32,000 nt of DNA, from positions 1 to 32,000 of the forward strand of contig CAZXEQ010000002.1 of NCBI GenBank assembly GCA_964640155.1, in the 5' to 3' direction. Shown piece by piece: positions 14,413 through 23,509 of the stretch. How positions within the stretch are numbered: position 1 is the first letter of the stretch; each line of letters starts with the position of its first letter. A model generated the notes under the pieces. It saw only the letters and a list, made by a program, of their open reading frames with translations. It did no database searches and was not told the DNA's origin. A program made the translations under genes and the position numbers. Origin of the DNA: an uncultured bacterium. GTDB lineage: Bacteria; Auribacterota; JACPWU01.

Positions 14413-17352
14413 CTATTTCTTAACGCATATTTTGCCAATAATAGCTGCATTGTCTTTCTGTTCAAGAGATGTTTTTTTAATTTTAACGCGCTTACCAGTT
14501 CTAAGATCAAAAAGTCCTAATCTAATTTCGTATTCTCCTTCTGGCATATTTTCAGGGACTCTCAAGACCTCTTTTTCCCTAAAAACTTCTCCATCTAAAA
14601 CAGGCCACACATTTAAATTCCATTTTAAGAATTGATGATCCCCTTGAAAGATTTTAGAATTCTGAACAACATGAACAAAAACTCCCAGGCGACTCTTAGT
14701 ATCCTCCTTCAAAGACCAATAATATTGAGCCTGTGTTGGTTCTCCCGTAGATAGTTGATTGTTCCCAAATCGATATCCTAAAAATTTTATACCATTTGAG
14801 AATTCTACTTCGGCCTTGTTGAGGGGTTGTGTCTGGCGTTTCAAAATTTTTTCATGTTTAAACACTTTATCTTTTCTTCCCTGATTTTCTAAAAACTTAA
14901 TAAAGTAACGTCTGGTCGTTTGATTATTCTTATATTCTTGAAGAGATTTTTTATAAAAATGCTCAGCTTCTTTGCTTTTGCCCTCTGTTTCTTTTTTCTG
15001 AGCTAAACTTCTAAAATACTCACTTCTTTGCTTAGTATTGACCTTCACAACACCCAATCCCATCCACCACCAGCCAGGATCATCTCTCATCTGTTCTTCT
15101 TTCTCTTCCCATTGATCAAAATAAAATAACACCCACCTTTCAAAGTCTTCACGTTTAAGGAAACAACCTTCCTGACGCATCATTTTCTGAAATAAATCTG
15201 CATTATCTTTTTCCAAGACAAATCCCGTTTTGGACTCCCATTTAACAATTCTGGGGTTAAAATAGACTCTTTTTCTAGGAGAAGCAGATGTAAAAGGCTC
15301 TACTGTAGAGATGGTATTTGCAAACCGTTTTCGAATTTGTGCATTCATCCAACGATCTGAATAAATTCTGTTCAAACCTAAAGTTTTGATTCTTCTTAAT
15401 ACTTCTTCCTCTCCTTGACGACCGAGAGCAGAGGAAGAAATCCATTCATAGAGATAAGCCTCTGTAATAATCCACTCGGATCTGTTAGAGTTTTCAAATT
15501 GCCATATACGAATGTATCGAGCTTTCACAGGACCTAATCTCAATTCCCATCGATAGGCCCATTCCCAAGGATAAATCCTAGGCCCACTCCAATAAAAAAA
15601 TCCCCCTTCTGTTTGAGGACCTACCTTCAACCAAGTCTTTCCATCTTGACTCACTTCAGCTAAAGAAATATATGGAAAGCCCGCATGATACCACCCTTTA
15701 TTCCATAAACGCAGCATTCCTAAGGTATAGTCCTTTCCCAAATCAAACTGAACCCACATCCCAGATTTCTTAAGAGCTCCAGATGTCCAAGCCGTTTCCA
15801 TATTCCGATCAAGCACATTTTTCATTTCATCGCCATAATCAGAAGCTGTCGCCTTTATTTTAATCGGATTGATTTGCCTATACTGCGCCTGAGGCTCCAC
15901 AAAGTTATAAGTAATCTGATACTCTCCTACTTGATCTGTTTGACAAGTGCCACCAATCTGTTTTAGTGCTTTTTCTACTTCAGGATTTGAAATAAAAGCA
16001 GGCCGATCTGTTTCATTTAGCAAATGCATATAGGGATCATATCGCCCATTTTGGCGAGTAGCACAAATCACATCTTCATTTGATAAAAAGTTTATTTCCA
16101 TGCACCCCAAAGCATAATCAGCATAAATATATTGTAAGTTCTTAGACTTAAGATAATCAATCAAGCTCATCAGTTGAGTTGTTCTCACACATGCAGCAGG
16201 AACGTCTTTTGTTACCAGCTCCCAAATAAAAAAACCTTGGGCAAATAAATAGAGAATATAAAGAGCCAGCATTATTTTCTTCAAAAATTGTTTGGCCGCT
16301 AGAACCACAAAAGAGCATGCAATGGGGAAAAAGGAATAAAGCGCTATGACATAATGATCTTTCGGACGTCTTGCTTGAAAACTGGTAGAAAAAATGAGAA
16401 CTGTCGCCAAAAGAAGAAACACCAGGAGATAGGCTTCAGAATGTCTTGCCTTTATAAAATAATAAATCGTTACAAAAATTAAAAATGCCGCTACCACCCA
16501 AACAGCCCAGTTTCCAAATCTCTCATATCGAAATACATCCATAAGCTTGGGAGCTGCTGCAAAAAAAAAGCCATGCAACCCATTGAATAATCTATTCCAA
16601 TGGAACCCCTGTCCCATATTCAAAATTGAAGAGAAAGGATCTTTCGCATAATAATAAAAAAAAGGCCATCCACCTACAAAAAAAGAAGGGAGGGCAAACA
16701 AAAGTCCATATTTGATAGCCCTCATTCTTTCATAAAGGACCAGATACACCATAATAGGTAAAAAATAATACATCAACAAAGGACTTGCCCACCAAGCAAG
16801 ACCTCCTGTCACTCCTAGGGAAAGATAAAGCAATTTTTTATTTTTTTTAGAATCACTTTTCCGAATTCGAATGGCAATCCAAAGCACCAAACTTCCAAGG
16901 GTTGGGGTTTCAAGATAATGCGTATGTGGGACCAAACTATATTTCGTTAAAAGTAAAGGGGCGCAAAAGCACCATAAAACGGCTCCCACCCCTACCTTTT
17001 CATTGTGCGCATCTCTGCCGATCAGATAGGTGAGCATGCAAAAAAGAAAAAAAAAGAAAAGTGTTACCAAACGCAAGGGCCATGCATAAACTCCAAAAAA
17101 ATAAAAAGAAACAGCGTAAAGCAAAGATTCCAAACCCCCAAACCAGTTTTGTCCCATAAAGAAAAAAGGAAATTCCCCTCTTTCAAGGGCATGCTTCCCC
17201 ATCAAAGCTGTAACAGCAAGATCTGAGTCTACAAAACCTGGGAAAAGCTTTAAGGTAAAGGGACATTGCAATCCAATGACAAAACGAATAGCAACAGCCA
17301 GAACAATGATGAGAAGAGAGATATATTCATATTTTGAAGTTTTATACTTCAT
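14413..17352 (-). CDS. GT-C membrane glycosyltransferase with internal discoidin domain - paralogue 2
   Basis: It has the same architecture as paralogue 1 and long identical blocks with paralogue 3 ('GEFPFFFMGQNWFGGLES', 'VPHTHYLETPTLGSLVLW', 'PQAQYRQI', 'VLDRNMETAWTS', 'LGMLRLWN', 'YWSGPRIYPWEW', 'LRLGPVKARYIRI'). The discoidin block lies at about nt 15445-15830. I prefer the ATG at 17352 (AAGGA 7 nt upstream) to the TTG at 17367. Confidence 0.75.
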   Translation of the reverse strand: MKYKTSKYEYISLLIIVLAVAIRFVIGLQCPFTLKLFPGFVDSDLAVTALMGKHALERGEFPFFFMGQNWFGGLESLLYAVSFYFFGVYAWPLRLVTLFFFFLFCMLTYLIGRDAHNEKVGVGAVLWCFCAPLLLTKYSLVPHTHYLETPTLGSLVLWIAIRIRKSDSKKNKKLLYLSLGVTGGLAWWASPLLMYYFLPIMVYLVLYERMRAIKYGLLFALPSFFVGGWPFFYYYAKDPFSSILNMGQGFHWNRLFNGLHGFFFAAAPKLMDVFRYERFGNWAVWVVAAFLIFVTIYYFIKARHSEAYLLVFLLLATVLIFSTSFQARRPKDHYVIALYSFFPIACSFVVLAAKQFLKKIMLALYILYLFAQGFFIWELVTKDVPAACVRTTQLMSLIDYLKSKNLQYIYADYALGCMEINFLSNEDVICATRQNGRYDPYMHLLNETDRPAFISNPEVEKALKQIGGTCQTDQVGEYQITYNFVEPQAQYRQINPIKIKATASDYGDEMKNVLDRNMETAWTSGALKKSGMWVQFDLGKDYTLGMLRLWNKGWYHAGFPYISLAEVSQDGKTWLKVGPQTEGGFFYWSGPRIYPWEWAYRWELRLGPVKARYIRIWQFENSNRSEWIITEAYLYEWISSSALGRQGEEEVLRRIKTLGLNRIYSDRWMNAQIRKRFANTISTVEPFTSASPRKRVYFNPRIVKWESKTGFVLEKDNADLFQKMMRQEGCFLKREDFERWVLFYFDQWEEKEEQMRDDPGWWWMGLGVVKVNTKQRSEYFRSLAQKKETEGKSKEAEHFYKKSLQEYKNNQTTRRYFIKFLENQGRKDKVFKHEKILKRQTQPLNKAEVEFSNGIKFLGYRFGNNQLSTGEPTQAQYYWSLKEDTKSRLGVFVHVVQNSKIFQGDHQFLKWNLNVWPVLDGEVFREKEVLRVPENMPEGEYEIRLGLFDLRTGKRVKIKKTSLEQKDNAAIIGKICVKK

Positions 17353-17373
17353 CCTGATATCCTTCAAGAAATA

Positions 17374-20300
17374 TTATTCTCTAATTTTGATGGAGCCAAT
17401 AAAAACACCTTTATGTTCTACTTTGAGAGAAGTATTCTTTATTTTTCGGCGTTTACCATTTTCTAAATTAAAAAGACCTAAGTAAATTTGATATTCTCCG
17501 GCAGGAGTATCTACTGGTATTTGAATAAATTCTTTCTGTCGAAAAACTTCTCCTTCCACGCAAGGCCATATATAAAGATGCCGATTCAAAAAACTGTGAT
17601 CTCCTTGAAATAATTTTCCTTGGCCCTTAACATGAACAAAAACAGCCATGTTATTTCCAGGATTTTCTTTAAGTCTCCAATAATACTGAATAGCAATTTT
17701 TTGACCTGCCTTGACACCTGTAACAGAAGCAGAAACAGGGTAAAGGGTGTACCCTAAAAACTCTATCCCCCTTTCAAATTCAACAAAAGCGGAATAATGC
17801 GGTTTTATCCGCTTTAAAAGGTGGCTTTCTTCTTCACGAGCTTCTTTTTCTTGCCCCCTTCTTTTTAAAACGTTTATTTTCCCTTCCCTGGCCTTCACTT
17901 GATTCGGATAACTTTTCAAAGCCTTTTGATAATATTTGAGAGCTTTCTCAAAATGTCCCTCTTCTTCAAATTTGCTTGCCTTCATTCTTAATTGCTCGCT
18001 ATAAGCCTTATTATTAACACCCACAACTCCCAGTCCCATCCAATACCAGCCTAAGTTTGATTTTAACTTTTCTTCATTTTCACTCCACTTTGGAAAATAA
18101 AATAAAACCCAACGAGAAAAATTTTTTCTTGCAAGATGAATCTCTTGCTTTTCAATTGTCTTTTCAAATTCATCTGCATCGGCATCTTCCAAAATAAAAC
18201 CTATCTTTGGACCCCATGTCACCAATCGACCTGGTAGACGAACAGTATCTTTTTTATCGGTAAGACTAAAAGGTTCTATTGTTTGAATGGTTCCATTACT
18301 TATCTTTCTAATCTGAGAACTCATCCAGCGATCAGCATAAACTTTTTCTAATTTTAAAGCTTTCACAGTTGAAAAAAGTTCTTGTTCCCCCGAGGCAGCA
18401 AAACTTTCTTCCTTTATCTGCTCATAAAAATATACTTCGCTGATACGCCAGTCCAAACGACTTGAAGAATCATGCTGTACAACACGCACAAATCTGGCTT
18501 CAACAGGCCCTAGACGAAGCTCCTGACGATAAGACCATTCCCAGGGATAAATTCTTGGTCCACTCCAGTAATAGAAATCACAAGGTTTGGGCTGAAGAAC
18601 TTGCGTCCATTGATGTCCATCCAAACTTACTTCTACACTTAAATGGGCAGAAAAATAAGGATGCAATTCTCCCCGATTCCATAACCTGAGCATACCCAAA
18701 GAACAGGGTCTACCTAAATCAAACTGAATCCACATCCCCACTTGTCTAGCAATGACACTGCTCCAACTCGATTCCATATTACGATCCAAAACCTTTTTTG
18801 CTTGTCTAGATTCATGAGAAGAAGCCGTCTTAATCTTCTCAGGTGATATCTGACGATACTGAGCCTGAGGCTCTCGAAAATTATAATAGACATGGAATCG
18901 ACCCTCCTGATAACTTTGACACTGTCCCCCAATCATCCCAAAAATATTCTCAAAAACACCGGATCTATTTTCAATGAAAGCAGGATAAGGACTTTCATCT
19001 AAAAGAAGTTCGTAAGGTCGATACCTCTCTTGAGTAGGTGTCGCGCAAATCACTTCTTCTTTCGCCATAAATGTAATATCTGCAGCCCCAGAAGAAGCAT
19101 CAAATCGATAATCCATATACGCATGCTGAATCCCGTGCTTTTTTAGAAAATCGATAAGCTTTAGCTTTTCCACAGCTTCTGCTTGATAACCAGGAACTTC
19201 CTTAGATAACCAATCCCAAACAAAAAAACTTTGCCCAGCGCAATAAAACAAGGCCAATGCAACCGTTAACCATCTCCAATGCTTACGTACTTGCCATACA
19301 GCATAACCAAACACAATAGGGACAAGAGAATAAAGAGCAATCACATAGCGAGGTCTAAAACGTCGAATGGCATCATGGCTAGAACAACATACGACAACAA
19401 TTCCTAAGAGGAGAAACATCAAAATCCCACGAGCATGGCTCAATGGCAATATTTTTTTGCGAAGTCCGGCCGGTAAAAATGGGAGATCTTTTAAAAAAGA
19501 ATAAAAAAGATAAAAAAAATCTTTCATATTTGAAGACAAGAAGCGTAAAAAAATATACACGTAAAATAAAGCAATCGCTATAAAAGCCCACATTCCAAAG
19601 TGCTTATACTTGGGAATATCTAAAAGCTCTGGCCCTGTTGCTAATAATAAGTTTTTAAAACCTACAGGGAAATAGACAAAAGAAAATTTGCCTCCCATTC
19701 CTAAAACACTAGAATAAGGATCCATGGCATAATAAATAAAATAAGGAGCTCCTCCGATAAAAAAAGCAGGTAAACTCAAGAGAATTCCCCATTTCACCGC
19801 TTCCCAACGTAATCTGAAGAACATGAAACCCGCAATACCCAAAAGATAATAAATCATCATCGGGCTCACCCACCATCCCAGCCCACCAAAAAACCCTAAC
19901 ACAAAATATAGAAATCTTCGTACCTTCATTGAAGTGGAGAGAGTAAGTCTAATCGCAAGCCAAATAATCAAACTTCCCAACACCGGGGTTTCCAAATAAT
20001 GCGTATGTGGAACTACGCTCAATTGAGTTAAATAAACTGGTGCAAACACGCACCAAAGAAGTGCTACCAGTGCAACACCATCATTAAAAAGATCTCTGGC
20101 AATGAGAAAAGTCAAAATACAAAAAAAAGCAAACAGAAAAAGAGGGGCAACACGCATCGCCCACGGAGTGACGCCAAAAATCCAGAAGGCAACCCCATGA
20201 AGCATCGCCTCTAGCCCCCCAAACCAATTCTGCCCCCAAAAGAAAAATGGAAACTCTCCCAACTCCAATGCATGCTTTGACATTAACCCAATAATGCCTA

Positions 20301-20448
20301 AGTTATTGACAACGCATGTGTGTGCTAAATAAGTACTATCGGGACCTAATAAAGAAATAAAAAATCTAATGCTGACTGCAATGATCAGAAAGAGAAAGAA
20401 AAAGAGAAGAGTAAGCGGCTTTTCAAATTTTAAAGATAATATTTTCAT
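17374..20448 (-). CDS. GT-C membrane glycosyltransferase with internal discoidin domain - paralogue 3
   Basis: The architecture matches the other two ('GEFPFFFWGQNWFGGLEA', 'VPHTHYLETPVLGSLIIW', 'VLDRNMESSWSS', 'LGMLRLWN', 'YWSGPRIYPWEW', 'LRLGPVEARFVRV'). The discoidin block lies at about nt 18420-18800. I prefer the ATG at 20448 (MKILSLKFEKPL...), because the track start at 20526 would overlap the upstream gene by 59 nt. Confidence 0.75.
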   Translation of the reverse strand: MKILSLKFEKPLTLLFFFLFLIIAVSIRFFISLLGPDSTYLAHTCVVNNLGIIGLMSKHALELGEFPFFFWGQNWFGGLEAMLHGVAFWIFGVTPWAMRVAPLFLFAFFCILTFLIARDLFNDGVALVALLWCVFAPVYLTQLSVVPHTHYLETPVLGSLIIWLAIRLTLSTSMKVRRFLYFVLGFFGGLGWWVSPMMIYYLLGIAGFMFFRLRWEAVKWGILLSLPAFFIGGAPYFIYYAMDPYSSVLGMGGKFSFVYFPVGFKNLLLATGPELLDIPKYKHFGMWAFIAIALFYVYIFLRFLSSNMKDFFYLFYSFLKDLPFLPAGLRKKILPLSHARGILMFLLLGIVVVCCSSHDAIRRFRPRYVIALYSLVPIVFGYAVWQVRKHWRWLTVALALFYCAGQSFFVWDWLSKEVPGYQAEAVEKLKLIDFLKKHGIQHAYMDYRFDASSGAADITFMAKEEVICATPTQERYRPYELLLDESPYPAFIENRSGVFENIFGMIGGQCQSYQEGRFHVYYNFREPQAQYRQISPEKIKTASSHESRQAKKVLDRNMESSWSSVIARQVGMWIQFDLGRPCSLGMLRLWNRGELHPYFSAHLSVEVSLDGHQWTQVLQPKPCDFYYWSGPRIYPWEWSYRQELRLGPVEARFVRVVQHDSSSRLDWRISEVYFYEQIKEESFAASGEQELFSTVKALKLEKVYADRWMSSQIRKISNGTIQTIEPFSLTDKKDTVRLPGRLVTWGPKIGFILEDADADEFEKTIEKQEIHLARKNFSRWVLFYFPKWSENEEKLKSNLGWYWMGLGVVGVNNKAYSEQLRMKASKFEEEGHFEKALKYYQKALKSYPNQVKAREGKINVLKRRGQEKEAREEESHLLKRIKPHYSAFVEFERGIEFLGYTLYPVSASVTGVKAGQKIAIQYYWRLKENPGNNMAVFVHVKGQGKLFQGDHSFLNRHLYIWPCVEGEVFRQKEFIQIPVDTPAGEYQIYLGLFNLENGKRRKIKNTSLKVEHKGVFIGSIKIRE

Positions 20449-20467
20449 GATATATATTTCTTCTATC

Positions 20468-21451
20468 TCAAGAAATTTTAGAGAAAGTTTCTTTTTCTCT
20501 CCCCAAAAAATAGAATACTCCCCCAATTAAATTACCAATGGTTGTTGTTACTCTGCTAGCCAAAGCCAAAAGGAGGGCATCTGTTTTACTTAATCCTACC
20601 AGAGGGAAAAGAAGTACATAAAGACCCTCCAAGATACCAATAGCATCTACCGAAATAGGGATTCTAGCTATAAAATAAATAAAAGGGATCACCATAAAAT
20701 AATTTAAAGCAGAGCCTGGCAATTCAAAAGCTCTCGCCAAAACAAAAGTAGAAATAAAAGGAACAAACTGTTCAAAAAAAGAGAGAATAAAAAAAGCCAA
20801 CATGGCTTTGGGATAGTATCTAAATTGTTGATAGGAAGAAACAACATTGCCTAGCTTTTTAAAAAATTTTCCTTTAAATCTATCTGATTTTGAGCGAGGC
20901 AAATAATAAAGAGAGCCCACAAAAAAAACACTTACCGTGATTAAAAAGAATAAAATAAAATAAAAATATTTCCAATAAATCTCTGAGAAATTTTGTATAA
21001 GCAAAAATGAACAAATACACACCAACAACAACATCGCAAATAGGCCTAAGACTTTTTCAACAACAATACTGGCTGCAATTTTTTCTCTTTCTCCTTCTCG
21101 CACAGAGAAACTCATGAGACGCATCACATCGGACCCCACACTGGTAGGAAGTACCAGTCCCAATAAAGAAGCCATAAAATAAGAGCGTATACAACTCAAG
21201 AAAGAAGCCCGAATACTTTGAGCCCTGAGAAGGATCATCCATTTTGCTCCCATCCAGATGCGATCGATAAGAACAATTGTTATGGCAAGTAGTATAAAAC
21301 TTAGATGAGCTCGAGATAAAACACGAGAAAACTCTTGATAATCAACAAGCGTCAAAAGGTATATGAGAAGGCAAAGCCCAACAGCCCAACGGAAGATGGA
21401 GGATCTATGAATTGACATGGGATATAGGATATAGTTTTTGATGTCAAGCAT
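20468..21451 (-). CDS. UPF0104/LPG-synthase-TM (MprF flippase-domain-like) membrane protein
   Basis: The 327-aa protein has about 8 TM helices. 'LRAQSIRASFLSCIRSYFMASLLGLVLPTSVGSDVMRL' resembles the family's conserved 'lP...G.d..R' loop. An alternative start exists at 21418 (MSIHRS...). Confidence 0.6.
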   Translation of the reverse strand: MLDIKNYILYPMSIHRSSIFRWAVGLCLLIYLLTLVDYQEFSRVLSRAHLSFILLAITIVLIDRIWMGAKWMILLRAQSIRASFLSCIRSYFMASLLGLVLPTSVGSDVMRLMSFSVREGEREKIAASIVVEKVLGLFAMLLLVCICSFLLIQNFSEIYWKYFYFILFFLITVSVFFVGSLYYLPRSKSDRFKGKFFKKLGNVVSSYQQFRYYPKAMLAFFILSFFEQFVPFISTFVLARAFELPGSALNYFMVIPFIYFIARIPISVDAIGILEGLYVLLFPLVGLSKTDALLLALASRVTTTIGNLIGGVFYFLGREKETFSKIS

Positions 21452-21528
21452 TCAACATCTAACTTTAATAAATATGCTTTAACTTTGACTTCTTAACCAG
21501 AGGTTTTTTTAGAACATTCACTCACACA

Positions 21529-22221
21529 TCAATTATCTATTTCCACCCACTGAACCGCATGACGTACCAGTTCAGTCGCATTTTCTAATTTCATTTTCTG
21601 TTTGATATGTTCTCGATAGGTTTCAACTGTTTTTATGCTCAGATGCAATTCTTTCGCAATCTGTCGCGTGCCACAGCCTTTCCCAATCAATTGAAACACT
21701 TCTAACTCTCGATCACTTAAAAGATCCAGAGGAGAAGTTCCTTTTTCAGAACCTCCATCCACACATTTTTCGAGCATCCTTGCTGCAATCTTTTCGCTGA
21801 CGTAAATTTCGCCTTTCAAAACTTTACGAATAGCAATTAAAACTTTTCCTGTTGCTTCTTGCTTCATAATATAGCCCCTCGCTCCCGCTCTCAGCACACG
21901 CTCTGCATAGAGAGACTCATCATGCATCGAAAGCACAAGAATAGGTAACTTTACATACCGTGTTTTAATGTTTTTAATCAACTCAATCCCATTCATGCCT
22001 TTCAAAGAAATATCCACAATCACAACAGAAGGCTTTAACTTTTCAATAGCATCCAAGCCCTGATAAGCGTCTTCCACGCTCCCACAAACCGTAAGATCCT
22101 CTTCCTGATTAATAAGTTGAGAAATGCCTTCTCTTAGAATAGGATGATCATCTACAATCAAAACTTTGGCAATCAAACTCATTTTAGATCTTTCTTCTTT
22201 ATTCTGTTTAATGGTTTTCAT
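21529..22221 (-). CDS. Response regulator, NarL/FixJ family (REC + LuxR-type HTH)
   Basis: 'VLIVDDHPILREG', 'VVIVDISLKGMNGIE' and 'ILVLSMHDE' form the receiver domain. 'LSDRELEVFQLIGKGCGTRQIAKELHLSIKTVETYREHIKQKM' is the LuxR-type HTH. The ATG overlaps the kinase stop as ATGA. Confidence 0.9.
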   Translation of the reverse strand: MKTIKQNKEERSKMSLIAKVLIVDDHPILREGISQLINQEEDLTVCGSVEDAYQGLDAIEKLKPSVVIVDISLKGMNGIELIKNIKTRYVKLPILVLSMHDESLYAERVLRAGARGYIMKQEATGKVLIAIRKVLKGEIYVSEKIAARMLEKCVDGGSEKGTSPLDLLSDRELEVFQLIGKGCGTRQIAKELHLSIKTVETYREHIKQKMKLENATELVRHAVQWVEIDN

Positions 22222-23453
22222 TTTCCATTTTTCCTTTTAATCAACGCAAGAGAATTAGAAAAACCACATCTTACTGTTGTCCCTCTTTCTTCATCTCGTT
22301 CTACATTTAAAGAGGCATTAATCATCTCTGCACGATAACTCATAATACGAAGTCCCATCCCCTTACTTTTTTTTATTTTTGATGGAATTCCAATGCCTTC
22401 ATCCTTAATTTCTAGAACGATTTTGTCTGCATGGCGAAGTAGCCGAATATAAATATGTTTTGTCCCACTATGTTTTACCGCATTATTAACAGCCTCTTGT
22501 GCAATCCGGTACAAATGAGTTGCCATCACATGATCATGGATTAAAATTGGCTGATCACAATTAAAATGGCAAGAAACATCAAATATTTTTTCTGTATTAG
22601 AAGCCAACTCTTGAAGTGCAGACATCAATCCATTAGACTCTAACTCCACAGGATAAAGTCCTCTTGCTAAACCTTTCGTTTCAGCAATGGTCTGATTCAC
22701 CAGTTCAACAATTTTTTTCACCTGGGCGACTTCAGAAATTGATTTAACAGACAATTTTTGTTCTAAAACCTTTGCTAAAAAAGCGATTCCCGTTAATTCC
22801 TGAGACAAACCATCATGTAAATCTTGACCAATTCGCCTCTGTTCCATTCCACTGATATCTAATATTTCTTTTTCTAGTCGTTTACGATCTTTAATGACTT
22901 TCTCAAGCTCTTTATTTGCTGCTTTAAGTTCAAAAGTCCGTTCTTCAACTCGCTTTTCCAGTTCATCATGGGCTTTTTTTAACTCTTCTTCCGCCTCTTT
23001 CAGTTTCGTAATATCATTGTTGATTTCAAGAAAGGCAATGGGTCTGCCCTTTTCATCTCGTTGCAATGTCCAACGACTTGAAACAATCACTTTTGATCCA
23101 TCTTTCTTTTTATGAAGAAGCTCTCCTTCCCAATATCCTGTTCTTAAGGCTGTTTTAAGAACCTCTTTCAAAGGTTCCGGGAACATTGTTTTCAAAAAAG
23201 TGTGGACATGTTTTCCAAGGGCTTCTTCTTTACTCCATCCATAAAGCCGAACAGCTCCTTGATTCCAGTAAATGATTTTGTCTTTGAGATCACGAATCAT
23301 GATGGTATCATCCGCAAAATCTATCATCTGGACATGTTTTCGAAGAGCATCTTCAATTTTTTTACGCTCAGAAAATTCTCGTTTAATCGCTCTTCGAACG
23401 GACAAAGGGACATCTTTTCTATCTAAATATTTTTCCAAGATATCCGTTTTCAA
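22218..23453 (-). CDS. Cytoplasmic PAS-domain sensor histidine kinase (HisKA_3/NarX-DegS type)
   Basis: There are no TM helices. The PAS domain reads 'DTIMIRDLKDKIIYWNQGAVRLYGWSKEEALGK', followed by a coiled coil. The H-box is 'IGQDLHDGLSQELTG', the N-box 'EAVNNAVKHSG', and the G-boxes 'IKDEGIGI' and 'GMGLRIM'. The start is TTG at 23453. Confidence 0.9.
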   Translation of the reverse strand: MKTDILEKYLDRKDVPLSVRRAIKREFSERKKIEDALRKHVQMIDFADDTIMIRDLKDKIIYWNQGAVRLYGWSKEEALGKHVHTFLKTMFPEPLKEVLKTALRTGYWEGELLHKKKDGSKVIVSSRWTLQRDEKGRPIAFLEINNDITKLKEAEEELKKAHDELEKRVEERTFELKAANKELEKVIKDRKRLEKEILDISGMEQRRIGQDLHDGLSQELTGIAFLAKVLEQKLSVKSISEVAQVKKIVELVNQTIAETKGLARGLYPVELESNGLMSALQELASNTEKIFDVSCHFNCDQPILIHDHVMATHLYRIAQEAVNNAVKHSGTKHIYIRLLRHADKIVLEIKDEGIGIPSKIKKSKGMGLRIMSYRAEMINASLNVERDEERGTTVRCGFSNSLALIKRKNGK

Positions 23454-23509
23454 AAAGTATCTGCCTTTTTCTTACTAACAAGAACAAAATGAATAGCTTA
23501 AGATAGGTT

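Noticed and set aside
14403-14510. The track gives the UbiA-family ORF a 36-aa N-terminal extension.
   Set aside because: It overlaps the 3' end of paralogue 2 in another frame. The ATG at 14402 has a good AGGA Shine-Dalgarno and begins just before the first TM helix.
16561-16569. A9 homopolymer inside paralogue 2, with other A/T runs such as 17041-17060, was considered as a possible slipped-strand phase-variation switch.
   Set aside because: Runs of this length are common throughout this AT-rich window, both coding and non-coding. The reading frames are intact and there is no evidence of length polymorphism from a single sequence.
20449-20526. The track gives paralogue 3 an N-terminal extension (MGEYSIFWGEKKKLSLKFLEIEEIYI).
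   Set aside because: It would overlap the upstream UPF0104 gene by 59 nt. The ATG at 20448 gives an N-terminus (MKILSLKFEKPL + TM helix) matching the other two paralogues.
21385-21451. TTGACA-15 nt-TATATC lies on the minus strand just inside the annotated 5' end of the UPF0104 gene. It could be a promoter that would make the ATG at 21418 a leaderless start.
   Set aside because: The spacer is short, the motif lies within an open reading frame that is equally plausible as coding, and neither start has a clear ribosome-binding site. The question cannot be decided from sequence alone.
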